Positions 1 to 8,684 of a stretch of DNA of 44,067 nt are shown here, piece by piece (position 1 is the first letter of the stretch; each line of letters begins with the position of its first letter). Below the pieces are notes generated by a model. That model saw only the letters and a program-made list of their open reading frames with translations. It was not told the DNA's origin and made no database searches. Source of the DNA: Jatrophihabitans sp. Lineage in GTDB: Bacteria > Actinomycetota > Actinomycetes > Mycobacteriales > Jatrophihabitantaceae. The DNA is taken from NCBI GenBank assembly GCA_036264855.1, contig DATAQD010000199.1, positions 1 through 44,067 of the forward strand. The letters run 5' to 3'. A program made the position numbers and the translations under genes.

Positions 1-12
1 CTGGGGTCGGTG

Positions 13-59
<47 letters not shown>

Positions 60-316
60 CGTGGGCTCGTCACCGGGCCCTCCTCGTGGGCAGTTGAGAC
101 TTCGCACGCACCTGCTGTCGAACTTGGCGCGCGAGCCAATGGCCAACCTGGACATCGCGATGAAGCACACTCGGCCGGACCCCTCCACCGGAGCGTATGC
201 CGACGGGGGCCGGTGACAGCTCGTGACGCCAGATGTTCAATCGTGCCGCCCCAGGTCCTCTCGTCCTGTTGACAACTCGTTGACACGAACTCAACTAGAC
301 GAGCTGCAGAAACAAC

Positions 317-341
317 GAAGGCCCCTGAATTCGGGGCCTTC
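317..341 (-). terminator. Intrinsic terminator hairpin after the tRNA-Val fragment
   Basis: GAAGGCCCC-tgaattc-GGGGCCTTC, followed on the minus strand by GTTGTTTC. Confidence 0.7.
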
Positions 342-342
342 A

Positions 343-390
343 TGGTGGGCGATACTGGGATTGAACCAGTGACCCCTACCGTGTCAAGGT
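343..390 (-). pseudogene. tRNA-Val(GAC) 3' fragment with encoded CCA (att-like scar)
   Basis: Minus strand reads ACCTTGACACGGTAGGGGTCACTGGTTCAATCCCAGTATCGCCCACCA; tRNA similarity stops inside the anticodon stem and there is no D arm or 5' acceptor strand. Confidence 0.85.
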
Positions 391-420
391 CGTTTCGTGC
401 CGCCGAATGTCAACCGCCCG

Positions 421-768
421 CTAGCTCCGATCAACTTCATGGTCGGCGACGGTGCGCAGTCGTTGACGGCGTCGGCGCTGTAATGCTTCGTCGAACTGGA
501 TCGGGTTGCCGGTCAGAACGCCTTCGATCACGTCGGCGACGGCAAGATCGTCATCTCCGCTTGGCTGCCAATCCCGATTCTCGACCACGACGAAGTCAGC
601 AGTGCGGATCACGCTGATCGAAAGTTCCTCGGCGCGCGCCTGCTGGCGTACGCGACGGCGCCAGGCAAGGAAGTCACCCGGCATTTCACTCTTCCGATAG
701 TGGACCGACCCCGCGCGGCGCACGACATCGAGGACGGCACGGATGTCAGCGACCGGCGGCTGCCTCAC
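421..768 (-). CDS. Hypothetical protein (~115 aa)
   Basis: Protein-like C-terminal part of ORF 421..900; GTG start at 768 preferred because the upstream extension runs through repeats. No family recognised. Confidence 0.5.
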   Translation of the reverse strand: MRQPPVADIRAVLDVVRRAGSVHYRKSEMPGDFLAWRRRVRQQARAEELSISVIRTADFVVVENRDWQPSGDDDLAVADVIEGVLTGNPIQFDEALQRRRRQRLRTVADHEVDRS

Positions 769-855
769 CGATCTATCGTGACATGCGGTCTGCTTGAACA
801 GGTTTGGCGAGCTGGGGGTCGAAAGACCCGGAATTGTGTGCCGTCTGAAACCGGT

Positions 856-885
856 TCGTGACGCCTCGTGACGCCTCGTCACGGA
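856..885. repeat. 10-bp direct repeats TCGTGACGCC (possible integrase arm-type sites)
   Basis: TCGTGACGCC at 856-865 and 866-875, variant at 876-885; identical copy at 221-230 and TCGTGCCGCC variants at 241-250 and 395-404. Confidence 0.55.
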
Positions 886-970
886 CGATTCCGGGGTCAA
901 ATGAGGGTCAAGGGCCTCTCTTTGCGAGCCAGCGCGTGGGTCGAGGCCAGCAAATCCGGGAGAAAATGAG

Positions 971-1043
971 TGGAGCTGAGGGGACTCGAACCCCTGACCC
1001 CCACACTGCCAGTGTGGTGCGCTACCAGCTGCGCCACAGCCCC
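971..1043 (-). tRNA. tRNA-Ala(GGC)
   Basis: 73-nt cloverleaf GGGGCTGTGGCGCAGCTGGTAGCGCACCACACT-GGC-AGTGTGGGGGTCAGGGGTTCGAGTCCCCTCAGCTCCA with G3:U70 pair; CCA not encoded. Confidence 0.97.
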
Positions 1044-1226
1044 TTGCCAGCCGCCTGAAAACCTCCCAGCGACCGAAGCGAAAGCTTACACGCCACCCCG
1101 CGACCCGAGACCCCGGCCCGCGGCCAAGAACGACACGCCGGACGCGTCCAGACCCCTGATTACGGGCTTTTCAGCGGCTACGGCCATACTGGGGCCAGCA
1201 ACACACCACCGACCAAGGGAGACCTA

Positions 1227-1505
1227 GTGAATCGCAAGGAACTGGTGGCCGCCGTCGCCGACGCCGCCGATCTGGAGCAGAAGACGGTGGACGCCGTGCT
1301 GCGCTCCCTCCAGTCCACGCTCGAGGGCGCCGCAGCCAAGGGCGACAAGGTCAGCGTGCCTGGCTTCTTCTCGCTCTCGGTAGGCAAGCGGGCCGCCCGC
1401 GAGGGACGGAACCCGGCGACCGGCGCGACCATCCAAATCCCGGCCGCGAACACGGTGAAGTTCACCGCCGGCAGCGCGCTCAAAGACGCCGCCAACAAGA
1501 AGTAA
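1227..1505 (+). CDS. hup: HU family DNA-binding protein
   Basis: MNRKELV...GFFSL...RAAREGRNPATGATIQIPA...VKFTAGSALKDA; RBS GGGAG upstream. Confidence 0.95.
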   Translation: MNRKELVAAVADAADLEQKTVDAVLRSLQSTLEGAAAKGDKVSVPGFFSLSVGKRAAREGRNPATGATIQIPAANTVKFTAGSALKDAANKK

Positions 1506-1519
1506 TACCGACCGACGAC

Positions 1520-1553
1520 AAGGCCCGGCCGCCAGCATTGGCGCCGGGCCTTT
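1520..1553 (+). terminator. Intrinsic terminator between hup and the convergent copper operon
   Basis: AAGGCCCGGC...GCCGGGCCTT stem followed by T. Confidence 0.75.
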
Positions 1554-1562
1554 CGTCTGCGC

Positions 1563-2954
1563 TCAGCCGCGCGTCGAGGCCGACGCAGACGAGGCCGACG
1601 CAGATGCCGACGCCGACGCCGACGACGACCCGGAAACCGACGGCGACACCGACGGCGTCGGCGTCTTGGACGGATCCGGCGCCGGCCCCTTGGCATCCGC
1701 GGCCGCGATCGCCTTCGTCAGCGCATCCAGCGTGTTCCCGATCGTCTTGCCGTTCACCATGACCGTCGGCGTCGAGTTGATGCCGTGCTGGCTGGCGTTC
1801 TCGGTGATCGCCGCGACGAGCGCCTTGTGGGTCTCCCCGGCCACGCACTGGTCGAAGGTGGTGAGGTCCTTGCCCTTGATCCCGGCCGCACTTGCGTAGG
1901 CCTCGAGCTGGTTGTTGGTGCGCCCGTTGCTGCCTTCGGTCGGCTGCACCTGTTTGCCCTGGTACGTGCCGTACAGGATCGAGTGGTACGCGACGAAGTC
2001 CTCGACGGAGATGTCCGAGGCGCACAGGGCGGCATTGGCCGCTCGCGAGGAGTACCGGTTGCCGTTGCTCGACCCGTCCAGGATCGAAATCATGTGATAC
2101 CGCACCTGCGCCCGGTTCGCCCGCACGTCCGCCTCGAGCGTCGTGCCCACCGCCTTCTCGAAGTTGAGGCAGTTCGGGCACTGAAAATCCTCATAGACGT
2201 CGACGGTGGCGGCCGCCTTCTTGCCGAAGACGACCCCGTTCGCGACCGAGGCGTGGGCCGCGGTCAGGCTGCCCTGGATCTTGGCCCGGCCGGACTGTAC
2301 CCCGACCCCGATCAGCGAGATCAGCACAATGACCGCGGCGATCGACCCGCTGAGCCACATCTGCCGGGTCCGCGCCGCCTGCCGCCGCGCCTCGAGCATC
2401 GCGTTGTACTTGCGCCGGCCCTGGTCGGTGCGCATCCGCTTGGCCGACGGCAGCGGCACGTGGTCATTGCGGGCCAGGAACTCCTCGACCGAGATCCGGT
2501 TGACGCTCCAGACGACGAGATAGACCGACAGGGCGAGCAGCCCCAGATCGCGCAGCACGTCCAGCCAGTAGCTCGGGTTGTTGGTGGCGCCGCCGCCCCC
2601 GAAGCAGCCGCACTCGATCTGCAGGCCCCGCGCCCACGCCTGGACGAGGCCGATCAGGAAGACAACGAAGAGCAGCGCCGACACCGCGGCCGCCATCCGG
2701 ACCGCGATGCCGATGATCAGCAGGACGCCGAGGCAGATCTCCAGCACGGGCAGGCCGTAGCCGATCGCCTTCGACAGCCACTCCGGCGTCGCGTCGTAGG
2801 CTCGGACCGCCTGGACGAACGTGCGCGGCGCGCGCAGCTTCGCGATCGACGCCCAGATCCACACGATGCCGAGCACGAGCCGGACGACGGTCCCCAGCCA
2901 GGGGCGAATGGCGTACCACTTGACGTTCACGAGGGACGATTGTGCCGTAGGCAT
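1563..2954 (-). CDS. MauE/DoxX membrane domain fused to DsbA-like thioredoxin domain
   Basis: N-terminal four TM helices with CGCFGGGG (MauE family); a fifth TM; YEDFQCPNC CxxC and STPTV cis-Pro loop (DsbA); Ser/Ala-rich tail. Confidence 0.85.
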   Translation of the reverse strand: MPTAQSSLVNVKWYAIRPWLGTVVRLVLGIVWIWASIAKLRAPRTFVQAVRAYDATPEWLSKAIGYGLPVLEICLGVLLIIGIAVRMAAAVSALLFVVFLIGLVQAWARGLQIECGCFGGGGATNNPSYWLDVLRDLGLLALSVYLVVWSVNRISVEEFLARNDHVPLPSAKRMRTDQGRRKYNAMLEARRQAARTRQMWLSGSIAAVIVLISLIGVGVQSGRAKIQGSLTAAHASVANGVVFGKKAAATVDVYEDFQCPNCLNFEKAVGTTLEADVRANRAQVRYHMISILDGSSNGNRYSSRAANAALCASDISVEDFVAYHSILYGTYQGKQVQPTEGSNGRTNNQLEAYASAAGIKGKDLTTFDQCVAGETHKALVAAITENASQHGINSTPTVMVNGKTIGNTLDALTKAIAAADAKGPAPDPSKTPTPSVSPSVSGSSSASASASASASSASASTRG

Positions 2955-2961
2955 GCAGGGG

Positions 2962-3588
2962 CTAAACCTTCGCCACTAGCGGGAGGTCGTGCTCGATCTG
3001 CTGACGCAGGTTGACGCTCTGCAGGAACGACACATGAGCGTAGTCGTCCGTGCCGTAGAGCAAGGTCTGCGCCGAGTGGGTCTGGCCGTCGTCCTGGGCG
3101 AGCGCGACGTGCGCGGCCGCCTGCGCCGCGTCGATCTGGGCCTGGGTCCCGCGCAATCCGACGAACGTCGCCTTGCTACCGGCGGAGAAGTTCGACAGCC
3201 ACTTCGCCAGGACCGGACCGGTGTCGTGCTTGACGTCGGTGGTCACGAAGACGACGTAGGTCGAGCGGGCCAGCGCCACCGGCACCTTCTGCAGCGCCAG
3301 CCGGATGTCGGCCATCGTCTCGGGGCAGATGTCCGGGCAGTTGGTGTAGCCGAAGTAGAGCAGCGTCGGGTGCCCGGCCGTCACCGTCCCGAACGAGAAC
3401 CGCTTGCCACTCGTCGTCGTCAGCGTGAAGGACGGCCGGGGCTGCGCCGGATCGAGGCCCGCCCCGTCGAACTGCCCGACCCTGTCGAACCCGTTCAGCT
3501 CGGACGGCTTCGGCTGGCCCGGGCCGCTGTTCGTGCACCCGGCGAGCGCCAGGACGAGCGCGAGCAGGACGGCGACGCATCGCCTCAC
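2962..3588 (-). CDS. SCO1/SenC family copper chaperone (lipoprotein)
   Basis: Lipobox LALAGC, YFGYTNCPDICP CxxxC motif, distal His (QTHSA). Confidence 0.92.
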   Translation of the reverse strand: MRRCVAVLLALVLALAGCTNSGPGQPKPSELNGFDRVGQFDGAGLDPAQPRPSFTLTTTSGKRFSFGTVTAGHPTLLYFGYTNCPDICPETMADIRLALQKVPVALARSTYVVFVTTDVKHDTGPVLAKWLSNFSAGSKATFVGLRGTQAQIDAAQAAAHVALAQDDGQTHSAQTLLYGTDDYAHVSFLQSVNLRQQIEHDLPLVAKV

Positions 3589-4094
3589 GAGTGACCTCCT
3601 GAGTCAGTGGGGACGGGCGCGCCGACGGCGATCACCGGCGCGACGACGTCGATCGAGCCGGCGTTGGCGAAGTCCAGCTCGATGTTGACGGTCTGTCCCG
3701 CTACGAGCTTGCCGAACAGGTGCTCGATCATGACGTGCGCCCTGCCGGTCGTCAGGACCAGACTGCCGTGCGCCGGGATCCGGACCCCGTTCATCGCCAC
3801 CTGCATCGACCCGTCCGCGGCCACGCTGTGGATCTCCGCGGTCGCGCCCGCGCCCGTGCTGACGTCGACCAACCGGTCGTCGGTGCCGGTGGTGTTCTGG
3901 ACGGTGAAGTACGCCGCCGCGATCTGGGTGGGCGGAACGGGGGCCCGCACGTACGCGCCGGTCACCACGATCGGGACCGCCGATGTCGACGAGCCGGACG
4001 CCAGCGACTGCGGGACGGCGCCGCGGACCAGGCCGGTGGCGCCGAGCGCCACGACCAGCGTTCCGCCCACAACCGCGGGCCACGGCAATCTCAT
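3585..4094 (-). CDS. Copper chaperone PCu(A)C
   Basis: AAYFTVQN...DRLV...EIH...M...GRAHVM copper motif; N-terminal membrane anchor. Confidence 0.9.
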   Translation of the reverse strand: MRLPWPAVVGGTLVVALGATGLVRGAVPQSLASGSSTSAVPIVVTGAYVRAPVPPTQIAAAYFTVQNTTGTDDRLVDVSTGAGATAEIHSVAADGSMQVAMNGVRIPAHGSLVLTTGRAHVMIEHLFGKLVAGQTVNIELDFANAGSIDVVAPVIAVGAPVPTDSGGHS

Positions 4095-4903
4095 GTCATA
4101 TCCGCCGGGTGCGTATCTGCGGCCCCGCCACTCGCTTCGCTCGGGCGGGTACCTCGGTCAGCTCGGGCCGCGCCGCGGCCGGCGAGCTCATCGCGCGAGC
4201 GCTCAGCCCGTCGTGCCCGCCCGATGACCGCGACTCCCAGCGCGGCGGCCGCGACGATCAGCGCGATGATCGACAGGACGATCGGGCCGGTGTTGCTCGC
4301 CGCCTTCGCGGTCGACGCCGCCGCCGTCACCCGCCCGGACGGCGCCGAGCTCGCCGGCGCCGAACTGGCCGGCGCGGACGCGGCCAGGTCGAGCACCGGC
4401 GCCGGGTGGTCCGGCTCGGTGGTGCTGCCCGGGGCGGCCACCTCGATCCAGCGCACCACGCTGCCGTCGCTGTAGGTCTGCAGCGCCTTGAACGTCAGCG
4501 ACTTGGCGTCCGGCAGCAGCCCGGCGATGATCGTGAACTCGCCGTACTCCCCCGGCTTGAGCCCCTGCCCGGGCGCGGCCGTCCAGGTGATCTGCGAGAC
4601 CGCCGTGGTGATGTCGCCGTCATCGGTCTTGATCGGCTTGGCCAGCTTGGTGGTCTGCTGCGCGTGCGTCCAGCCGGGCACCGGCAGCACGTCGACGGAC
4701 GCGATCGGGGTGTCGGTCGGCAGTTGGACGGTGACGGCCGTGGTGTCGATGTTCTCCTCGACCGGCACCCGGAAGGTGATCTCCTGGTCGCTGCCGCCGC
4801 GGACCGCGCCGGGTGCGGTGACGGTGACGTGCGCGAACGCCGGCCCGGCCAGGGCGAGCAGCGCCGCGAGCACGGCCGCGGTGATCAGGGCAAGACGCTT
4901 CAT
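4091..4903 (-). CDS. YcnI family (DUF1775) copper-binding membrane protein
   Basis: Signal peptide ending AFA-HVTV, FRVP, QITWTA, FKALQTYSDGSVVRW, HPAP, C-terminal TM. Confidence 0.9.
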   Translation of the reverse strand: MKRLALITAAVLAALLALAGPAFAHVTVTAPGAVRGGSDQEITFRVPVEENIDTTAVTVQLPTDTPIASVDVLPVPGWTHAQQTTKLAKPIKTDDGDITTAVSQITWTAAPGQGLKPGEYGEFTIIAGLLPDAKSLTFKALQTYSDGSVVRWIEVAAPGSTTEPDHPAPVLDLAASAPASSAPASSAPSGRVTAAASTAKAASNTGPIVLSIIALIVAAAALGVAVIGRARRAERSRDELAGRGAARADRGTRPSEASGGAADTHPADMT

Positions 4904-4915
4904 CGAACAGACCTC

Positions 4916-6604
4916 TCAGTGCAGGGTGATGGTGACGTCGGTCGTGGTGGCGTCGAACTCGGATGCGGTGACGACGAGGGCCACCGTCCACCGTCCGGAG
5001 ACAGGAAGGGTGGCGCTGCCGTCGAAGAGCCGTCCGCCCTCGCGCGTGAGCTTGATCGGGAGCGGCCCGATCTGCGCCTGCTGCTGCGTGGCGGTCGCGG
5101 TGATCGCCGTGGCGCCCGGACCGGGCGACAGCTCGACGCTGAACGTGACCGGCCCGTGCGTGCCCGGGTCGGCGGTGACGGTCACGGTACGTCCGCCCCC
5201 GAGGGGGGCCGCCGCGGTCACCGGCGCGCGGTACGCGGCGAGCAGCGCCTCCTTGCCGCGCGGCTGCGCGACCAGCACGGCACTCAGCCCGAGCACCACC
5301 AGCCCGATGATCGCCTCCACGTACACCGACCGGCGGATCCGCTCGGTCGTCACGTCATCGACGAAGGGGTCGGGCCCGTCGTCCAGGACCACGGTGTCCG
5401 TCATGGCGTACGCAACCGTGCGCCTTCGGATCAGCACCCGCGAGAAGTTGCCCAGCGCCAGCAGCCCGGCGAACAGCACGACCTTCGACACGACGAGCAG
5501 CCCGTAGGTGGTGCTGAAGATCGCGTGGACGGTGCCGATCCCCCGCCAGGCCGCATACGTCCCGCTCGCCGCAAGCGCGACGACGGCGACGAACGCCGTC
5601 CGCGAGAAGACCGGCAACACGTCGCGCAACTCATCCGGCTCGCGGCGGGGCAGCACCGCGGTGACCAGCATGATCAGCCCGCCGATCCAGGTGGCCATCG
5701 CGGTCAGGTGCACCGCGTCGAGCCCGACCGACAGCCACGCCGGCGACGTCGTCGCGCCGTGCCCGGACGCCGAGAACGTCAGCACCACGCCCAGACCCAG
5801 TGCGCCCAGGACGGCTTCCCAGCGGGCCGGCCGGGCGTCGGCCTGCAGCGAGCGGGCGAAGACCAACGCGATCAGCCCGAGCAGCACGAGCCGCAGGCAG
5901 TGCAGCTGGCCGTAGTTGGTGTGCAGCGTGTCGTCCAACAGCGACAGCTCGCCAACTTTCGTCAGCGCCGCGCCGGCGGTGTAGGGGCCCTGCAGCAGCA
6001 GTTCCAGCAGCGCGCCGCCGGTCAGCCCGGCCCAGCCGGTCCACACAAGGCGCCGGGCGCCGCGGTCGTCGCGCCCGGCCGGCCACACCGTGAAGACCAG
6101 CCACCCGCCGCCGAGCACCGCCAGGCCGGCGAACGAGATCCACCGGCTGACGTCGAACGCCTTGCTCGTCGCGGAGTTGACGGTCGGGCCGGCCGGGCCG
6201 CCGCCGCGGACCAGCGCGCCGTGGCCGACGACGAAACGGACCGTTCCGGTGACCGGGTGCGAGTCGGCCGACACGACGCGGAAGCTCTCCGTGTAGGTCC
6301 CGTCGGCCAGGCCGCTCGTCAGGTCGTCGGCGACGACGTTCCCCTGGCCGCCGGGGTGGTAGGCGGCGCGCGCATCGACCCGCCTGCCGTTCTGGTCGGT
6401 CACGTGCAGGTAGCCGACCGAGCCGAGCCCGACGCTCTCGTCGAAGGTGATCGTCACCGTGTGCGGCGCGGCCCTGAGCCGCGTCCCGTCAGCGGGGTCG
6501 GACTTGACGACGCTCGCGTGCGCCGACGCCGGTCCCGCGAGCAACAGGCCGGCCCCGAGCACGCCGAACAGCACGGCGGCGAGCGTCCACAGGCGACGCG
6601 TCAT
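4916..6604 (-). CDS. CopC/CopD fusion copper uptake protein
   Basis: ASA-HASVVKSDP, VVSADSHPV (CopC), followed by multi-TM CopD domain (SGHG, HLTAMATWIGGL, TTYG). Confidence 0.92.
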   Translation of the reverse strand: MTRRLWTLAAVLFGVLGAGLLLAGPASAHASVVKSDPADGTRLRAAPHTVTITFDESVGLGSVGYLHVTDQNGRRVDARAAYHPGGQGNVVADDLTSGLADGTYTESFRVVSADSHPVTGTVRFVVGHGALVRGGGPAGPTVNSATSKAFDVSRWISFAGLAVLGGGWLVFTVWPAGRDDRGARRLVWTGWAGLTGGALLELLLQGPYTAGAALTKVGELSLLDDTLHTNYGQLHCLRLVLLGLIALVFARSLQADARPARWEAVLGALGLGVVLTFSASGHGATTSPAWLSVGLDAVHLTAMATWIGGLIMLVTAVLPRREPDELRDVLPVFSRTAFVAVVALAASGTYAAWRGIGTVHAIFSTTYGLLVVSKVVLFAGLLALGNFSRVLIRRRTVAYAMTDTVVLDDGPDPFVDDVTTERIRRSVYVEAIIGLVVLGLSAVLVAQPRGKEALLAAYRAPVTAAAPLGGGRTVTVTADPGTHGPVTFSVELSPGPGATAITATATQQQAQIGPLPIKLTREGGRLFDGSATLPVSGRWTVALVVTASEFDATTTDVTITLH

Positions 6605-6647
6605 CCGGGATCCCGTCGAAGTCCTGGACAGCGATTCCGTCGGGTGG

Positions 6648-7298
6648 TCACGCCACGGTCCGCAGCGCCGAGTCGCCGTCGTCGGCGTCGCGCACGCTGG
6701 TCGACCAGCCTGGCGGCAGGGCCCGTTCGGCGCGGTCCAGGGCGATGAGCAGCAGCAGTCCGACGAGCACGGCCAGGTGGGTCAGCAGCCGGCCGGCCGA
6801 CACCGAGCCCGCCGCGAGGTCGCGCACCGAGAGCACGCCGAGCACGGCCAGGAACGTGGCCAGCAACGGGATCAACCCGGCCGCCCGCCGCGGCAGGGAC
6901 GCCGCGGCCACGAACGCCGCGCCGATCGCCAGGTTCCACGCCGCGGCCTCGTGCGCGCCGTGCGCTGACATCGCCATGCCGATGCTGTCGCCGGTGAGCG
7001 CGGGCAGCCCGATCGCCAGCTGGGCCAGCCCGGCCAGCAGCAGCCCCGCCCGCAGCACGCGACGGCGGCGCACCACCCGGCGCACCGGCAGGGCGATCTG
7101 GGCCGTGATCTCCTCGGACAGGTCCGGAACGGGCCGCACGTCCATCCGGGTCAGCCGGGTCGCGCGCGCGGCCGCATCGGCCCATCGGGCACAATCGAGG
7201 CAGGACGCCAGGTGATGGTCGAGGGTCGATGCGGACATGCCGAGCGGCTCGTCGTCCAGCCGAGCGGACACCGCCTCACGGAACCGGTCACATCTCAC
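6648..7298 (-). CDS. zf-HC2 (ZAS) membrane anti-sigma factor
   Basis: RCDRFREAVSARLD...HLASCLDC (HxxxCxxC) followed by ~4 TM helices; GTG start at 7298 chosen. Confidence 0.85.
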   Translation of the reverse strand: MRCDRFREAVSARLDDEPLGMSASTLDHHLASCLDCARWADAAARATRLTRMDVRPVPDLSEEITAQIALPVRRVVRRRRVLRAGLLLAGLAQLAIGLPALTGDSIGMAMSAHGAHEAAAWNLAIGAAFVAAASLPRRAAGLIPLLATFLAVLGVLSVRDLAAGSVSAGRLLTHLAVLVGLLLLIALDRAERALPPGWSTSVRDADDGDSALRTVA

Positions 7299-7307
7299 GC
7301 ATGGGTT

Positions 7308-7335
7308 AGTCGGTTGGGATCGTCGGGAAGTTCCC
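7308..7335 (-). promoter_or_regulatory. ECF (SigC-type) promoter GGGAAC-N17-CGACT
   Basis: Minus strand GGGAAC ttcccgacgatcccaac CGACT, 9 nt before the anti-sigma GTG. Confidence 0.7.
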
Positions 7336-7375
7336 GGTGCACTCCAAGTCACAGCTCCAGTCAGGAACGGACGCG

Positions 7376-7906
7376 ATGGACGAGTTCGACGAGGTCACCG
7401 CGACGGCGCTGCGCGCCCGCCGGGGTGACGCCGTCGCCGCGTCGGCGTTCGTCCGGTCCACGCAGGCCGACGTGTGGCGGCTGTGCGCGCACCTCGGCAG
7501 CCCGGCCCAGGCCGACGACCTGACGCAGGACACCTACGCGCGGGCGTTCGCGTCCTTGCACCGGTTCCTCGGCCGTTCGTCGGCGCGGACCTGGCTGCTC
7601 TCGATCGCGCGCCGGGTGTGCGCCGACGCCGTGCGGGATGCGCAGCGGGTCCGGCGGCTGCCGGTGCAGTTGGCGCGCCCGGTCGAGGACCCGGCCGGCT
7701 CGGTGGCGATGCGCTCGCTGGTCGCGTCCCTCGAGCCGGAGCGGCGCGAGGCCTTCGTCCTCACTCAGGTGGTCGGGCTGTCCTACGCCGAGGCGGCCGA
7801 CATCTGCTCGTGCCCGGTGGGCACGATCCGGTCGCGGGTCGCGCGGGCCCGCGCGGATCTCGTCGAGAGCTTGGGCGCCGCTCAGTCGCGCACGGACACC
7901 GGCTGA
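7376..7906 (+). CDS. sigC: ECF RNA polymerase sigma factor, SigC-like
   Basis: FVRSTQADVWRL...ADDLTQDTY...SSARTWLLSIARRVCAD...RREAFVLTQVVGLSYAEAA...CPVGTIRSRVARAR, characteristic of actinobacterial SigC. Confidence 0.85.
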   Translation: MDEFDEVTATALRARRGDAVAASAFVRSTQADVWRLCAHLGSPAQADDLTQDTYARAFASLHRFLGRSSARTWLLSIARRVCADAVRDAQRVRRLPVQLARPVEDPAGSVAMRSLVASLEPERREAFVLTQVVGLSYAEAADICSCPVGTIRSRVARARADLVESLGAAQSRTDTG

Positions 7907-8289
7907 TCGGCGGCCGCCCGCGTCGCCCGGGTGACGAAGTGCTCGGCGACGAAGGACATCGTGGGGATCGTCCCGGCGAGCATGACCAGGACGTAGCGGG
8001 CCAGCGGCCACCGCAGCTTGAAGCCCAGCACGCCAGTGTCGATGACGTACACCAGGTAGAGATAGCCGTGGGCCAGCCAGAGGATGCCGGTGGCGGGCTC
8101 CATGCCGAGCGACGTGCTGTATTTCACGATCAGCGCGATCGTCCCGCTCAGCAGCACGAAGCCGGTGACGAAAGCCATCACCCGGTACAACGCGAGCGTG
8201 CCCTTGGCCGCGGCGACCTTCTCGGGCGCCACCCTCGGCTGCCGGTGATCGAGCACGCCCTTGCCGAGATTGAAGCCCTGCTCGCTCAT
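7882..8289 (-). CDS. DUF3817 family membrane protein
   Basis: YRVMAFVTG...AHGYLYLVY...LAGTIPTMSFVAE; ATG at 8289 overlaps the upstream stop (ATGA). Confidence 0.8.
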   Translation of the reverse strand: MSEQGFNLGKGVLDHRQPRVAPEKVAAAKGTLALYRVMAFVTGFVLLSGTIALIVKYSTSLGMEPATGILWLAHGYLYLVYVIDTGVLGFKLRWPLARYVLVMLAGTIPTMSFVAEHFVTRATRAAADQPVSVRD

Positions 8290-8684
8290 GTGCGCTTCTC
8301 CGCGTCCTCGGCGGCCAGGCTCGCCAAGTAGTCGTTGTAGGCCGCATGGACGGGATCGCTGGAAGCCGATTGCGCCGACGGCATGACGTAGCGACGGTAT
8401 GCGACGGTCTCCGGCTCGGATGGAGCGGGCTCGGCCAACGTGGGGTCGCGCTCGATGTCGAGCCGGCGCGCGGCGTCGCGCACGATCCGGAACCACAGCG
8501 CCGCGGTGAACAGGCTGAACAGCCACCACTGGATCGTGTAGCCGAAATTCTGGATGCTGAAGTGCTTGGACTCGGACACGTGCAGCTGCCACCGTCCCAG
8601 CAAGATCATCGTGACGACCAGTGCCACGGTGATCAGGTGCAGCACGATCCAGCCCGGCCGGAAGGCGAAGCCGAATCTGCGCAC
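8286..8684 (-). CDS. Conserved actinobacterial membrane protein (SURF1-like N-terminus)
   Basis: PGWIVLH...LGRWQ...QNFGYTIQWWLF...AAYNDYLA; usual partner of DUF3817 genes. Confidence 0.7.
   Translation of the reverse strand: MRRFGFAFRPGWIVLHLITVALVVTMILLGRWQLHVSESKHFSIQNFGYTIQWWLFSLFTAALWFRIVRDAARRLDIERDPTLAEPAPSEPETVAYRRYVMPSAQSASSDPVHAAYNDYLASLAAEDAEKRT

Noticed and set aside
1563-1665. Repeat-like GCCGAC tract
   Set aside because: Explained by the low-complexity Ser/Ala/Pro tail of the DsbA fusion.
3983-6748. 921-aa plus-strand ORF and other long Arg/Gly/Pro-rich ORFs (e.g. 11664..14543, 15524..17905, 37364..39430)
   Set aside because: Shadow frames of recognisable genes on the opposite strand, typical of high-GC DNA.
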